In this document: positions 9,120 to 17,822 of the stretch, one piece after another | Numbering within the stretch: position 1 is the stretch's first letter | Layout of the letters: every line of letters begins with the position of its first letter | DNA from: a virus | Lineage: Duplodnaviria > Caudoviricetes | Length of the DNA stretch: 45,240 nt | Virus record (IMG/VR): IMGVR_UViG_3300044836_000011 | Coordinates: 1 to 45,240 of that record | Strand: one strand, 5' to 3' | Notes under the pieces: generated by a model | Databases searched by the model: none | The model's input: only the letters and a program-made list of their open reading frames with translations | Told to the model about the DNA's origin: nothing | Position numbers and translations under genes: made by a program

Positions 9120-9865
9120 CCGTCGACCTCGCGGGCGTCTGCACTGGCCCCGGCCCGTGTGACACGACGTCGTTCGGCGCCGGGAAGAACTGGGTCAACA
9201 AGGTCGGCGGGCTCCCCGACTACATCCGGGCGGTCGCACACGCTTTCACCCGCAAAGGGCTCCCCGAATCTCAAGCAATCGAACGGGCGGTCGGCGTCGT
9301 CCGGAACTGGGCGGAAGGCAAAGGTGGCATCACCGCCGCGACGCGAACCCGCGCGGCAGCGGCCATCGCCGAATGGGAGACGAAGAAAGCGGCGTCGCAC
9401 ACGTTGACTGCGGAGGCTCGGATGACCGTCGACCTGGCATGGAACGAACAGCTCCACCCCCGCAGCAAAGGGAAGTTCGCACCGAAAGGCACCCCCGCCT
9501 CGTCGTCGAGCAGCGCCCTGCCGGCGAACATGGCCGGGAACGTCCGCGACTTCCAGAAACGCAACGGGTTGCCCGTGACGGGTCTGATCGACCGGGCGAC
9601 CGCCGCGAGGATTCGGCAGGCCGCGCAGAACGCCAAACGTGGCGGGCGCCGTAAAGGCGTGCACACGAAGCGTCCGTTCGCCGCGCAGCAGCGTGCGCTC
9701 GGGCAGCACGTTACGACCGTGAACCGGCTGTCGACCGCACAGCGAGCGGCGGTCCGACGTCGGATGCCGGTACCGCCGACCGGCTACGTGTGGGGCACGA
9801 ACAACACGCTCCGCTCGGTGTCGTTGACCGCCGCGCAGAAGAACGCACCCCCGACCGGCCTCTGA
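9116..9865 (+). CDS. Minor head-region protein with peptidoglycan-binding-like domain
   Basis: HPRSKGKF motif; VRDFQKRNGLPVTGLIDRAT matches the PG_binding_1 pattern. Confidence 0.65.
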   Translation: MTVDLAGVCTGPGPCDTTSFGAGKNWVNKVGGLPDYIRAVAHAFTRKGLPESQAIERAVGVVRNWAEGKGGITAATRTRAAAAIAEWETKKAASHTLTAEARMTVDLAWNEQLHPRSKGKFAPKGTPASSSSSALPANMAGNVRDFQKRNGLPVTGLIDRATAARIRQAAQNAKRGGRRKGVHTKRPFAAQQRALGQHVTTVNRLSTAQRAAVRRRMPVPPTGYVWGTNNTLRSVSLTAAQKNAPPTGL

Positions 9866-9889
9866 CCGTCGAACCGAGAGGGAACCCCC

Positions 9890-11050
9890 ATGACCGTCGC
9901 CGTGCACACCCCGACCCTCGCCAGCAAAGCGGTCAAGGTCGGCGGCCGGCTGTATCGCAAGCAAGTCCTGCCGCGTGACGAGGAGATCACTTACACCGAC
10001 CCGACGACCGGCGCGAAACGGATCCTGCGGTTCGACGACGACATGATCTCCAAGGCCGTGCAGGCGTTCAACGACGGGGCCTACGACACGGTGAAGTTCC
10101 AACTCGCCGACGCGAAGAACACACACACCGTCGACCCCGAACGCGCGCGCGGCACCGTCCGCGGCTTCGAGTCCGGCAAAGACGGCCTGGACATGATCGT
10201 CGAGTTGACCGCCGACGGCGTGAAGGTCGTCGAGGAGAACCTCGACCTGCCGGTGTCCGCCCGCATCATCGAGGACTTGACCCGCGCGGACGGCAAGCAG
10301 TTCCCGGTCGCCATTCATCACGTTCTCGGCACCCTCGACCCGAAGGTGCCCGGCATGACGCCGTGGCAGGCCGTGGACCTGTCCGCAGACGATGTCCCGA
10401 CTGTCGACCTCACCGCGACGGACTACCCGAAAGGAACCACCGTGACTGACACCGCCACGAAGCCGACCGTGTGGGCGAAGATCGGGAAGGCTCTCGGCCT
10501 CACCGACACCGCGACCGAAGACGAGATCGGCGACAAGCTCGCCGAGCGGCTGACACCGGCCACGTCCGGCGACGAGCCGACCGCCGAGGAGATCGCCGCT
10601 GCGGTCGCCGCGCTCGAAGCCGACGCGAACGCGCCGCAGGAAGTCGCGTTGACCGCCGACGCGCAACGGCAGATCAACTTGGCGAATACCAACGCCGAGC
10701 AGGCTGTCGCGCGCGCCGCTCAGTTGGAGCGCAACGCCCGCAAAGCGACCTGGGAGCGGGACCGTGACGTGCTGCTGCACGCCGGGGTACCGAAGGCGCT
10801 GCTCGACTTGGCCGCGCCGTGGTGCGGCGGCGACACGCCGACCGGGTTCATCGACCTCGCGAACACGGAGACGACCGTCGACGCGGTCCGTGCCGCCGCC
10901 GAGGGCGACATGCGGAAGCTCCTCGACGCGCACAAGGGCCTCATCGACCTGTCAGTCATCGGCGAAGCAGCCGACCCGGACGCCGACGCTGCCGCAGCCC
11001 AAGCCCGTCAGGAACAGATCAAGGCCCACCGCCAGCGCGCCGGCATCTGA
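9890..11050 (+). CDS. Prohead protease/scaffold (Mu gpI-like), with probable nested scaffold start at 10442
   Basis: Position before capsid genes; H...VSA...HVLGTLDP protease-like N-terminal half; helical acidic C-terminal half; internal AAGGA-N6-GTG. Confidence 0.78.
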   Translation: MTVAVHTPTLASKAVKVGGRLYRKQVLPRDEEITYTDPTTGAKRILRFDDDMISKAVQAFNDGAYDTVKFQLADAKNTHTVDPERARGTVRGFESGKDGLDMIVELTADGVKVVEENLDLPVSARIIEDLTRADGKQFPVAIHHVLGTLDPKVPGMTPWQAVDLSADDVPTVDLTATDYPKGTTVTDTATKPTVWAKIGKALGLTDTATEDEIGDKLAERLTPATSGDEPTAEEIAAAVAALEADANAPQEVALTADAQRQINLANTNAEQAVARAAQLERNARKATWERDRDVLLHAGVPKALLDLAAPWCGGDTPTGFIDLANTETTVDAVRAAAEGDMRKLLDAHKGLIDLSVIGEAADPDADAAAAQARQEQIKAHRQRAGI

Positions 11051-11082
11051 CGGCGTCACCACCCCGCGAAGGAGTAGCCGTC

Positions 11083-11520
11083 ATGGCTGGAATCGTCCCG
11101 AAGTTCATGGGTCGCAGCATCACCTGCGACGTCGTCGAAGCTGTCACCGGCGGGCAGCTCGTCGAGTCCCGCGCCGCGTCCGGTGCCGCCACTCAACGTC
11201 CGGTCGGTGTCGCTGCCGCCGGTTCTACCACGGTGCGCGGCGTCGCGTTGATCGACGCGACCAACGCCGCGCAAGCTGCAGCTCTCGTCTACCCGCTGCC
11301 CGTCTCCACGACGGTACTGGTCGAAGGCGGCGGCATCCCCGTCACGTTCGCCGCGAACTGCGGTGACGGCGCCGCGGTCAAGGCCGCGGCGGCCGGGAAG
11401 GTCACCCCGTGGGTGTCCGGCACCGACGCGGCCGACCTCATCATCGGCTACTGCGACCAGGCGGGCGGCGTCACGTCCGCCGGCACCACGGTCGGCACCA
11501 TGCGGCTCAACCGCGCCTGA
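11083..11520 (+). CDS. Capsid decoration/cement protein (DUF2190-like)
   Basis: GAAGGAG RBS; small Ala/Gly/Val-rich beta protein between scaffold and MCP. Confidence 0.7.
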   Translation: MAGIVPKFMGRSITCDVVEAVTGGQLVESRAASGAATQRPVGVAAAGSTTVRGVALIDATNAAQAAALVYPLPVSTTVLVEGGGIPVTFAANCGDGAAVKAAAAGKVTPWVSGTDAADLIIGYCDQAGGVTSAGTTVGTMRLNRA

Positions 11521-11553
11521 TCCACCCGTCGCGCCGGTCAGGCGCACCCCTCT

Positions 11554-11577
11554 AGGCCCCGCATCGTCGGGGCCTTT
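11554..11577 (+). terminator. Hairpin/terminator-like element before the MCP gene
   Basis: AGGCCCCG-catcgt-CGGGGCCT followed by TT. Confidence 0.5.
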
Positions 11578-11598
11578 CGCATGAAAGGAACCGGCGCG

Positions 11599-12483
11599 AT
11601 GCCCACCAACATTTTCGCCACCAACGACGGTCCAGTTCTGACCGTCAACCAGATGCTCAACGACCCGCTGTTCATCCCGTCGCTGATCCTCGACGAGATC
11701 GACCAACTGTTCGTCATGGAGAAGGTGCTTCGCGCGGCGGGGACGCCGACCGGCGGTTCGATCGTCTACTACGAGTCGACGCCGCTGTTCTCCAACTCCA
11801 CGTCGGAGTACGTCGAGGAGTTCGCGGACATCCCGCTCGCCTCGACGTCTCTCGGGACGCCGAAGTCTCAGCGGACCCGCAAGCGCGGGCTCGGTGTCGC
11901 GATCTCGCAGGAGATGCGGGACCGCAACCAGGTCGACCTGCTCAACACGCAGATTCGGCAGGTCCGGGAAACTCTCGTCCTCGACTTCGACACCGCGTTC
12001 ATGGCCGCGTTGCTCGCGAACGGCAGCGTCAACACGTTCGGCGCGTCCACGTCGTGGGCGACGTCCACGCACATCCGCAAGGACGTCCTCGCCGCACGCA
12101 AGCTGATCATCGACGCGAAGCGCGGCTTCAAGCCGGACACCCTGCTGATGAACCCGACCGACCGCAACAACATCCTGACGTCCACCGAGATCACGCAGGT
12201 CTACACCGGCAACGTCGCGGACCGCAACCCGCTGCTGACCGGGCAGGCGACGTTCCCGTTCGTAGGCGTGGAGAACGTGATGGAGACCTACGCGGTGACG
12301 GCGGGTACGGCGGTCCTGTTGCAGTCGAAGCGGGTCGGCGGGTACGCCGACGAGCGGCCCCTGCAAGCCACGCCGACGTACAAGTGGAAGCCGGAAGCCG
12401 AGGTTTGGCGGTCCGACATCCTCCGCACGACCGCCATCTTCGCGGATCAGCCGTTGGCCGCCACGGTTATAACGGGGATCTAG
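11599..12483 (+). CDS. Major capsid protein (HK97 fold)
   Basis: GAAAGGA RBS; ~295 aa; VEEFADIP, KRGLGVAISQEM, PDTLLMNP, QPLAATVITGI; synteny. Confidence 0.88.
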   Translation: MPTNIFATNDGPVLTVNQMLNDPLFIPSLILDEIDQLFVMEKVLRAAGTPTGGSIVYYESTPLFSNSTSEYVEEFADIPLASTSLGTPKSQRTRKRGLGVAISQEMRDRNQVDLLNTQIRQVRETLVLDFDTAFMAALLANGSVNTFGASTSWATSTHIRKDVLAARKLIIDAKRGFKPDTLLMNPTDRNNILTSTEITQVYTGNVADRNPLLTGQATFPFVGVENVMETYAVTAGTAVLLQSKRVGGYADERPLQATPTYKWKPEAEVWRSDILRTTAIFADQPLAATVITGI

Positions 12484-13090
12484 TCCGCGAGCGCTTCTTG
12501 TAGGCAGCTTGCGCCGTCCGGCGACAGGCTCGGCAGTGGCGTCGTCCGTCCGCCGTCCGATAGGTGTTGGCCTCGTCGTATGCGTGTCCTTGAGGGCACT
12601 GCGGTCGGTACTCACCACGAGGTCGACGAGGAAGGACAGCGGGCGGCGATGGCCGCAGGGCACTGACGAGACCTCGCCGCACATTTTCGGCGTTAGTTAC
12701 CCCCTCTAGGTGCGACGGGCGAACGCAATGTTTCACCCGGCACAGATGATCGAGTTGGTCGATGGCAGCCAGGTCGCGTCCGCTGTCTACCCATGCGAAG
12801 CGATGCGCGAGTGCCATGGAACCGCGTGGGTAGGCACGGAACCGGCCGTATCCGCTGCCTCGGTCAATCGCCCCTCGCCATAACCAGCACGAGCCGAGGT
12901 CTGGCCGGTAGGTCGAAGGTGGCCCGTCGCGGTCGACCTTCGACCAGAACCGCTCGGAGACGTCTAGTCCCTGCGGTATCTCTGGACCGCCTGCTGTCGC
13001 ATCACCGAGTCGGTACCACCGCTGGTAATGCAAGTTGCAGTACGTCCGGCTTCGGGCTTGCCGTGGGCAGCCCTGAACTGAACATGTCAT
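12467..13090 (-). CDS. HNH homing endonuclease, antisense within the structural operon
   Basis: ERFWSKVD, CWLWRG, GYGRF, AHR, DHLCRVKHCVRPSHLEGVTNAEN, C-terminal CPQGH...CRAC finger. Confidence 0.9.
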   Translation of the reverse strand: MTCSVQGCPRQARSRTYCNLHYQRWYRLGDATAGGPEIPQGLDVSERFWSKVDRDGPPSTYRPDLGSCWLWRGAIDRGSGYGRFRAYPRGSMALAHRFAWVDSGRDLAAIDQLDHLCRVKHCVRPSHLEGVTNAENVRRGLVSALRPSPPAVLPRRPRGEYRPQCPQGHAYDEANTYRTADGRRHCRACRRTAQAAYKKRSRTRSPL

Positions 13091-13091
13091 C

Positions 13092-13108
13092 TGCCGATTG
13101 TATCGGCA
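13092..13108 (-). promoter_or_regulatory. Leaderless -10 element (TACAAT) inside a palindrome, for the HNH gene
   Basis: TACAAT 6 nt upstream of ATG 13090; TGCCGAT-tgt-ATCGGCA inverted repeat. Confidence 0.55.
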
Positions 13109-13130
13109 AAACACCGACAGGAGAGCGTTC

Positions 13131-13493
13131 ATGGCACGCACCGACGCACCGAAGGCCGGCCGGTACGAGCAGCTGGTCGACCGTTATGACGAATACGACA
13201 AGGACGAGAAGGGCCGTGATCGAGACATCATCGCGACCTACACGAAGGGCGACATCGTCACGTTGACCGCCGACCAGGCGGAACGGCTCACGACCGGCGA
13301 CCGTCCGTCGTTCGCCGCGCCCGGGTCGCTCGCACAGGCCGAAGCAGACCGGTTGCAAGCGGCGGCGGACGCGTTGAAGGCGCAGGCCGACGACGCGAAA
13401 ACGCGTGCGGCCGACGCCAGCAAAGACGCGGACGCGGCGGCGAAGTCGTCGCCCGTGAAGGCGCAGGCCGACGACGCGAAAACGCCGTCTTGA
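13131..13493 (+). CDS. Small head-associated hypothetical protein
   Basis: AGGAGA RBS; internal repeat KAQADDAKT x2. Confidence 0.7.
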   Translation: MARTDAPKAGRYEQLVDRYDEYDKDEKGRDRDIIATYTKGDIVTLTADQAERLTTGDRPSFAAPGSLAQAEADRLQAAADALKAQADDAKTRAADASKDADAAAKSSPVKAQADDAKTPS

Positions 13494-13496
13494 TCG

Positions 13497-13538
13497 TGTC
13501 GGGCGGGAGTCTGACCGCGAGCGGGTTCCCGCCCGACA
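13497..13538 (+). terminator. Strong hairpin (putative terminator after head genes)
   Basis: TGTCGGGCGGGA...TCCCGCCCGACA perfect 12-bp stem. Confidence 0.65.
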
Positions 13539-13581
13539 TCACCGCACGTCCACCGAACCGACGTCGATGCGGAGGTGAGTA

Positions 13582-14613
13582 ATGCCGCCACCGCCGACCG
13601 TAGTCGACCTCAACTACACGACCGTCTACGGCCGGGCGCTCATCCTTGACCCGTCCGGCACCCCAACCCCGGTCTATCCGGGGTCGGTCACATTCACCCC
13701 GTCGACGGTGCTGCGTGACACGGCGGGCAACGCATTCTTCTTCCCGTCACGCACGTTCACGGCGAACACTGACGTCAACGGCAACTGGACGATAGACCTG
13801 CCCGCGACGGACGACCCGGACATCAATCCGACCGGCTGGACGTATCTCGTCGTCGAGAACTGGGCGGGTGGCCGCACCTACTCGGTGGGGGTGCCGTACA
13901 ACCCGCCGTCCGGTGACCGGACCGTCGCGTTCGCGACGATCGCACCCGCGCCGGCGTCGTCGGGGGTCGCGCAGTTCGGATATCTCGGCCCGCAAGGCGC
14001 GCAGGGCTACCAGGGTGCCGCCGGGCCGCAGGGTGCAGTAGGCGCGCAGGGAGCGCAAGGGTCGAGTACCTGGACCAAGCTCATGCCGACCGGCGTTATC
14101 GCTGAGTCGGCGTGGCGCGGTAATTGCAGCAACAATACAGGTGCCGGGCTGGCGTCCGGCACCTTGGAAATGGTGTCGATCTGGTTACCGGCCGGCCCTA
14201 TCGGTCACCTAGGGCTATATACCGGCGCTACCGCCGCCGTCACGCCCACGCACAGTTGGTTGGCGCTGTTCGACGCCACCCGCGTCATGCTCGCGGTCAC
14301 CGCAGACGCCGGCAGCGCCGCGATCCCCGCGAATACGCTGTTGTCCTACGCGATCGCCACCATCGCCAGCGGCTCCTCCACCACCTACACCGTTCCCGCC
14401 GAAGGGATGTATTACGTCGGCTGGCTCGTCGTCGCGTCAACCGTCCCCAGCCTGTACGGGCTAGCTGCACCCGCCGGAAACGGGCCGATGATCGCCGCTC
14501 CCGCGCTCGCTGGCGGCTCCTCCACCGGGCAGACGACCCCGCCGGCGTTCCCGTTCACCGCCGCCGCCATCACCGCCGCCGCCAACGTTCCCTACATGAA
14601 CGTCGCCACATGA
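13582..14613 (+). CDS. Fibre-like virion protein with collagen repeat
   Basis: GGAGGTG RBS; beta-rich N-terminal domain, ~10 Gly-X-Y triplets, beta-rich C-terminal domain. Confidence 0.72.
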   Translation: MPPPPTVVDLNYTTVYGRALILDPSGTPTPVYPGSVTFTPSTVLRDTAGNAFFFPSRTFTANTDVNGNWTIDLPATDDPDINPTGWTYLVVENWAGGRTYSVGVPYNPPSGDRTVAFATIAPAPASSGVAQFGYLGPQGAQGYQGAAGPQGAVGAQGAQGSSTWTKLMPTGVIAESAWRGNCSNNTGAGLASGTLEMVSIWLPAGPIGHLGLYTGATAAVTPTHSWLALFDATRVMLAVTADAGSAAIPANTLLSYAIATIASGSSTTYTVPAEGMYYVGWLVVASTVPSLYGLAAPAGNGPMIAAPALAGGSSTGQTTPPAFPFTAAAITAAANVPYMNVAT

Positions 14614-14623
14614 CCGGGAGGCG

Positions 14624-15406
14624 ATGATGGCTGTCCCGCTCGGTCAGGCGGTCACGCTCGTCTTCCGCACGTACAGCGACCCGCCGGCCAACACGACGCC
14701 CGCCGACCCGACATCGGTCACGCTCGACCTGCTCAACCCGGACGGCACCCCGACCACCGCCGTCTGGCCGGCCGGTGCGATCACCCGCGACTCGACCGGC
14801 GTCTTCCACTACACGTTCACACCGGCCGACGCCGACGACGCGGGCCACTACGACGAGCATTGGGAAGCGGCCGGCGTCATCCCTGACCAGGCGCAGGACG
14901 GGTCGTTCGACGTCACCGCCCCGAACACCCTCTACACGAGTCCGGCCGACGTGCGGATCGCGCTCGCGGGCAGCGAAAACGCGCCCGGTACCGCCGCTGC
15001 CCTGTCCGACAACGACCTGTACGACACGATCAACGAGGCGCAAGCCGAAGTCGACGCGCGGCTCGAAGGCCGCTACTCGACGCCGTTCACCCACCCGCCG
15101 CTGCTCGTCATCACGATCACCCGGTCGATCGCCGCCTACCTCGCGACCCTCGTCTACCGGCGTGGCGAGCCGATCCAGCCGGGTGACCCTGTCCTGCTGC
15201 GGTATCAGCGGGCGCAGACCCTTCTCGGCCAGATCGCGTCCGGGCAGACCGTCCTGCCCGCGCCGCCGCCGCAAGCCGCCGGGACTACCGTCGCGGCTGC
15301 GTCGCAGGTCGCGGTGGTCAACCCGGTCGACGGGGACCTGTGGTCCCTCGCCGACTTCGACCTCGCCCGCCAGCCGACCCCGGCGTGGCCGCAGGTCTGG
15401 CCGTAG
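14624..15406 (+). CDS. Head-tail adaptor (Mu gp36/DUF1320-like) with extra N-terminal beta domain
   Basis: YTSPADVR...INEAQAEVDARLEGRYSTP...SIAAY...RYQRAQTLLGQIASG, preceded by ~100 extra aa. Confidence 0.78.
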   Translation: MMAVPLGQAVTLVFRTYSDPPANTTPADPTSVTLDLLNPDGTPTTAVWPAGAITRDSTGVFHYTFTPADADDAGHYDEHWEAAGVIPDQAQDGSFDVTAPNTLYTSPADVRIALAGSENAPGTAAALSDNDLYDTINEAQAEVDARLEGRYSTPFTHPPLLVITITRSIAAYLATLVYRRGEPIQPGDPVLLRYQRAQTLLGQIASGQTVLPAPPPQAAGTTVAAASQVAVVNPVDGDLWSLADFDLARQPTPAWPQVWP

Positions 15407-15410
15407 ACCG

Positions 15411-15899
15411 ATGGCCGGCGACTTCTTCGACCGCATCGACGAGCTGGCACACGACGTCGGCGACGAGCAGGTCAGCGGCAGCGTCGAAGTCGACCAGCGG
15501 TACAGCAAATTTCAGCACGAACGGTTAGATTTGAAGCATCCGCGTGGCGGTCACGCGCAGTTCTTGAAGATGCCGATGGTCGATCGTGCGGACGAACACA
15601 TGCGCCGGCTCGCGAAGCACGTCCTCGAACCGGGGGGCGTCGCGGACGGGATGCGTGAAGTGGTGGAGCAGGTCGCACGGGACGTCCACGAGGAGGCGCC
15701 GCGCGAGTTCGGGGACCTGCGGAACTCCGCGCACCCGAAAGTCGTCAAGGACGGCGAGACGACGTTCGACCGGCCGCCGTTGGTGCCGCGCCTGTCCGAC
15801 GCGGAGTTGCGGGAGAAGGACCGGCTGCGCCGCGGCGGGCACGACCGGTATCCGGACGACCACCCGCAGCACGTCGCCAACAGGCACGGCCCGTCATGA
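15411..15899 (+). CDS. Neck/tail-completion protein
   Basis: YSKFQHERLDLKHPRGGHAQFL and APREFGDLRNS motifs; synteny. Confidence 0.65.
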   Translation: MAGDFFDRIDELAHDVGDEQVSGSVEVDQRYSKFQHERLDLKHPRGGHAQFLKMPMVDRADEHMRRLAKHVLEPGGVADGMREVVEQVARDVHEEAPREFGDLRNSAHPKVVKDGETTFDRPPLVPRLSDAELREKDRLRRGGHDRYPDDHPQHVANRHGPS

Positions 15900-16339
15900 T
15901 CCCCGTCGCTGACCTCGACGCGTGGGCGCACGCCGCAACTTCCGCCAGTCCACCCGGCGCCGGGTTGGACGCCGCCGTGCTCGTCGCATCGCAAGCCGAG
16001 ATGGACGACAACTCCCACGTCGGCCGGGCGCTGTTCATCGCACCGACCGGTGGCCCAGGGCTCAGCCTCGAAGAAGGCGTGCTCGACACGCAGACCTTCC
16101 AGTTCCGCTGCCGCGGCGAGCAAGGCAACCGGGACGCGGCTTACCGCAACGCCGAGACGTTCGCGCAGACCGTCGACGCGGCAGTCCTACGCGCCCCGCA
16201 CCCGACGACGATCGGCGGGCGCCGGGTCACCGTCATCGCCCGGATCGGCGGACCGCCGTCGTTCCTCGCAACAATCGGCCGGCAGGTCGATTTCGTCGCG
16301 TCCTACGCGTTCACCGCCGCGTCACCGCTCGCCGGCTGA
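15896..16339 (+). CDS. Tail terminator
   Basis: TGGPG...FQFRCRG motif; synteny. Confidence 0.7.
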   Translation: MIPVADLDAWAHAATSASPPGAGLDAAVLVASQAEMDDNSHVGRALFIAPTGGPGLSLEEGVLDTQTFQFRCRGEQGNRDAAYRNAETFAQTVDAAVLRAPHPTTIGGRRVTVIARIGGPPSFLATIGRQVDFVASYAFTAASPLAG

Positions 16340-16416
16340 CCCGCCGCCTCGTCAACCCCTCGACTCCCGCGCCTGCTGGCCGGGGGTTTTCACCTGCCTC
16401 GAAGGAGAGCCCCGTC

Positions 16417-16677
16417 ATGCCGCCACGCAACCGGACCGAGCCGGACGACACAACCCCTGACACCACCGACGACAGCGCGCCTATCCCTGCTTCGGCATCG
16501 GCTGATGTCGTGCTCGCGGTCGGCTACCCGCACGACGAGTTCACCCCGTTCGGCAGCGACGACACCGACCACAAGCTCGTCATCACCACGACCGGCACGA
16601 AGGTTCCCGCCGGGCGGGTCGACGACATCAAAGCCGCCGCCAAAGCAGCGGACGTGACGATCCGAGAGGTGCGTTGA
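16417..16677 (+). CDS. Hypothetical protein
   Basis: GAAGGAG RBS; precedes the major tail gene. Confidence 0.65.
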   Translation: MPPRNRTEPDDTTPDTTDDSAPIPASASADVVLAVGYPHDEFTPFGSDDTDHKLVITTTGTKVPAGRVDDIKAAAKAADVTIREVR

Positions 16678-16678
16678 C

Positions 16679-17233
16679 ATGCCTGCCCCGAACCTGACCA
16701 ACATCGTCGTCGCGAACGCCACCGCATACAGCGCGCCGTTGAACGAGGCGATGCCCGCCAACAGTGTCGCGCTCGGCACAGCGTGGGGCGGGAACTGGGT
16801 GTACACCGGCGGGCAGGACGACAGCGGCCCGCTCACGTTCAACTTCGCGCAGAACGTGCAGCAGCACATGATCGAAGAGCAGTCGATGCCCGCTGCGATC
16901 ACCGTCAACACGTCCGACCCGTCCGTCACCATGACCCTCGCCGAAGACACCGTGGAGAACATGAAGCTCGCGTTCGGCTCCGGCGGCACGCTTACCGTCA
17001 ACGCCGGCGCGTCCCCGCCGAACAAGGTGCTGGTCACCGCCGACATCGTCACTGTCGTCGCGTTCGGGTTCGAGGCGTTGAACCTGTTCGGGAAGGCGCG
17101 CCGCGTCTACTTCTCCCGCGCCGTCGTGTACGCGAGCGCGCAGACGCCGTACCGCCGGTCGGCGGCGAAACGGGCCTACGCGATCACGATTTCATCGCTG
17201 GTGCAGCCGACCATTACCGAGATGACCGGCTGA
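16679..17233 (+). CDS. Major tail (tube) protein
   Basis: GAGGTG RBS; 184 aa; WVYTGG, LAEDTVENMKLAFG; precedes chaperone and tape measure genes. Confidence 0.82.
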   Translation: MPAPNLTNIVVANATAYSAPLNEAMPANSVALGTAWGGNWVYTGGQDDSGPLTFNFAQNVQQHMIEEQSMPAAITVNTSDPSVTMTLAEDTVENMKLAFGSGGTLTVNAGASPPNKVLVTADIVTVVAFGFEALNLFGKARRVYFSRAVVYASAQTPYRRSAAKRAYAITISSLVQPTITEMTG

Positions 17234-17586
17234 TGGGCGCCGCGTTCAGCGCCGCCGACGCGGTGGTCAAGCTCGACTGGAATTTCCGGCCGTTCGTCGA
17301 CGCCAACGGGACGGTCCCGGAGCCGACGACCGATCAGGTCGGCGCGTTCTTCGACGACTTGCGGGTCATCCTCGACCGGCCGGAAGACGACACCGATCAG
17401 AACGTCGTGCAGTTCATGGGTCAGATGTCCCGCGACCAGAAGTTGTTCGCGGACCCGAAGCTGCTCGCCGCCCACGCGGCGCTGTGCAGCGACCAGCCGA
17501 CAGCCGAGCAGTTAGCCGGGTTGCCGCATCGGCATCGGCAGGCGTTCTTCGGATGGGTCATCGGGCAGGTCACGGACCCCACGTAG
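17233..17586 (+). CDS. Tail assembly chaperone (gpG-like)
   Basis: Between tube and TMP genes; ends in DPT-stop. Confidence 0.78.
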   Translation: MGAAFSAADAVVKLDWNFRPFVDANGTVPEPTTDQVGAFFDDLRVILDRPEDDTDQNVVQFMGQMSRDQKLFADPKLLAAHAALCSDQPTAEQLAGLPHRHRQAFFGWVIGQVTDPT

Positions 17587-17804
17587 CCGACGCCCGGTAC
17601 CGCCTCCTGATCGACCCGCAGGAGGCGTACCGGCTACGTCGGCACCTCCGCATCGGCTGGGCGGAATGGCAAGGGCTGCCGTGGTACGAGCAGCGGGCAC
17701 TCCGCGAGGAACTGGCCCGCGAACTCGACGGCATCGACCCGCCGATGCTCGCCGACTCCGACGAAGCCACCGACTTCGCGCGGCGCGCGGGCCTCATCGA
17801 CTAG
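17575..17804 (+). CDS. Tail assembly chaperone -1 frameshift extension (gpT-like)
   Basis: The -1 frame is open across GACCCCACGTAG with no own RBS/start; IGWAEWQGLPWYEQ. Confidence 0.65.
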
Positions 17805-17822
17805 CCGACAAGGGGGTGGATC

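Noticed and set aside
8996-12684. Long minus-strand ORFs (645 aa, 542 aa)
   Set aside because: Antisense shadows of the head genes caused by high-GC codon bias; no recognisable motifs
12467-13130. Group I intron interrupting the capsid gene
   Set aside because: The MCP has a natural-looking C-terminus before the insert, the HNH is antisense, and there is almost no non-coding room for a ribozyme core
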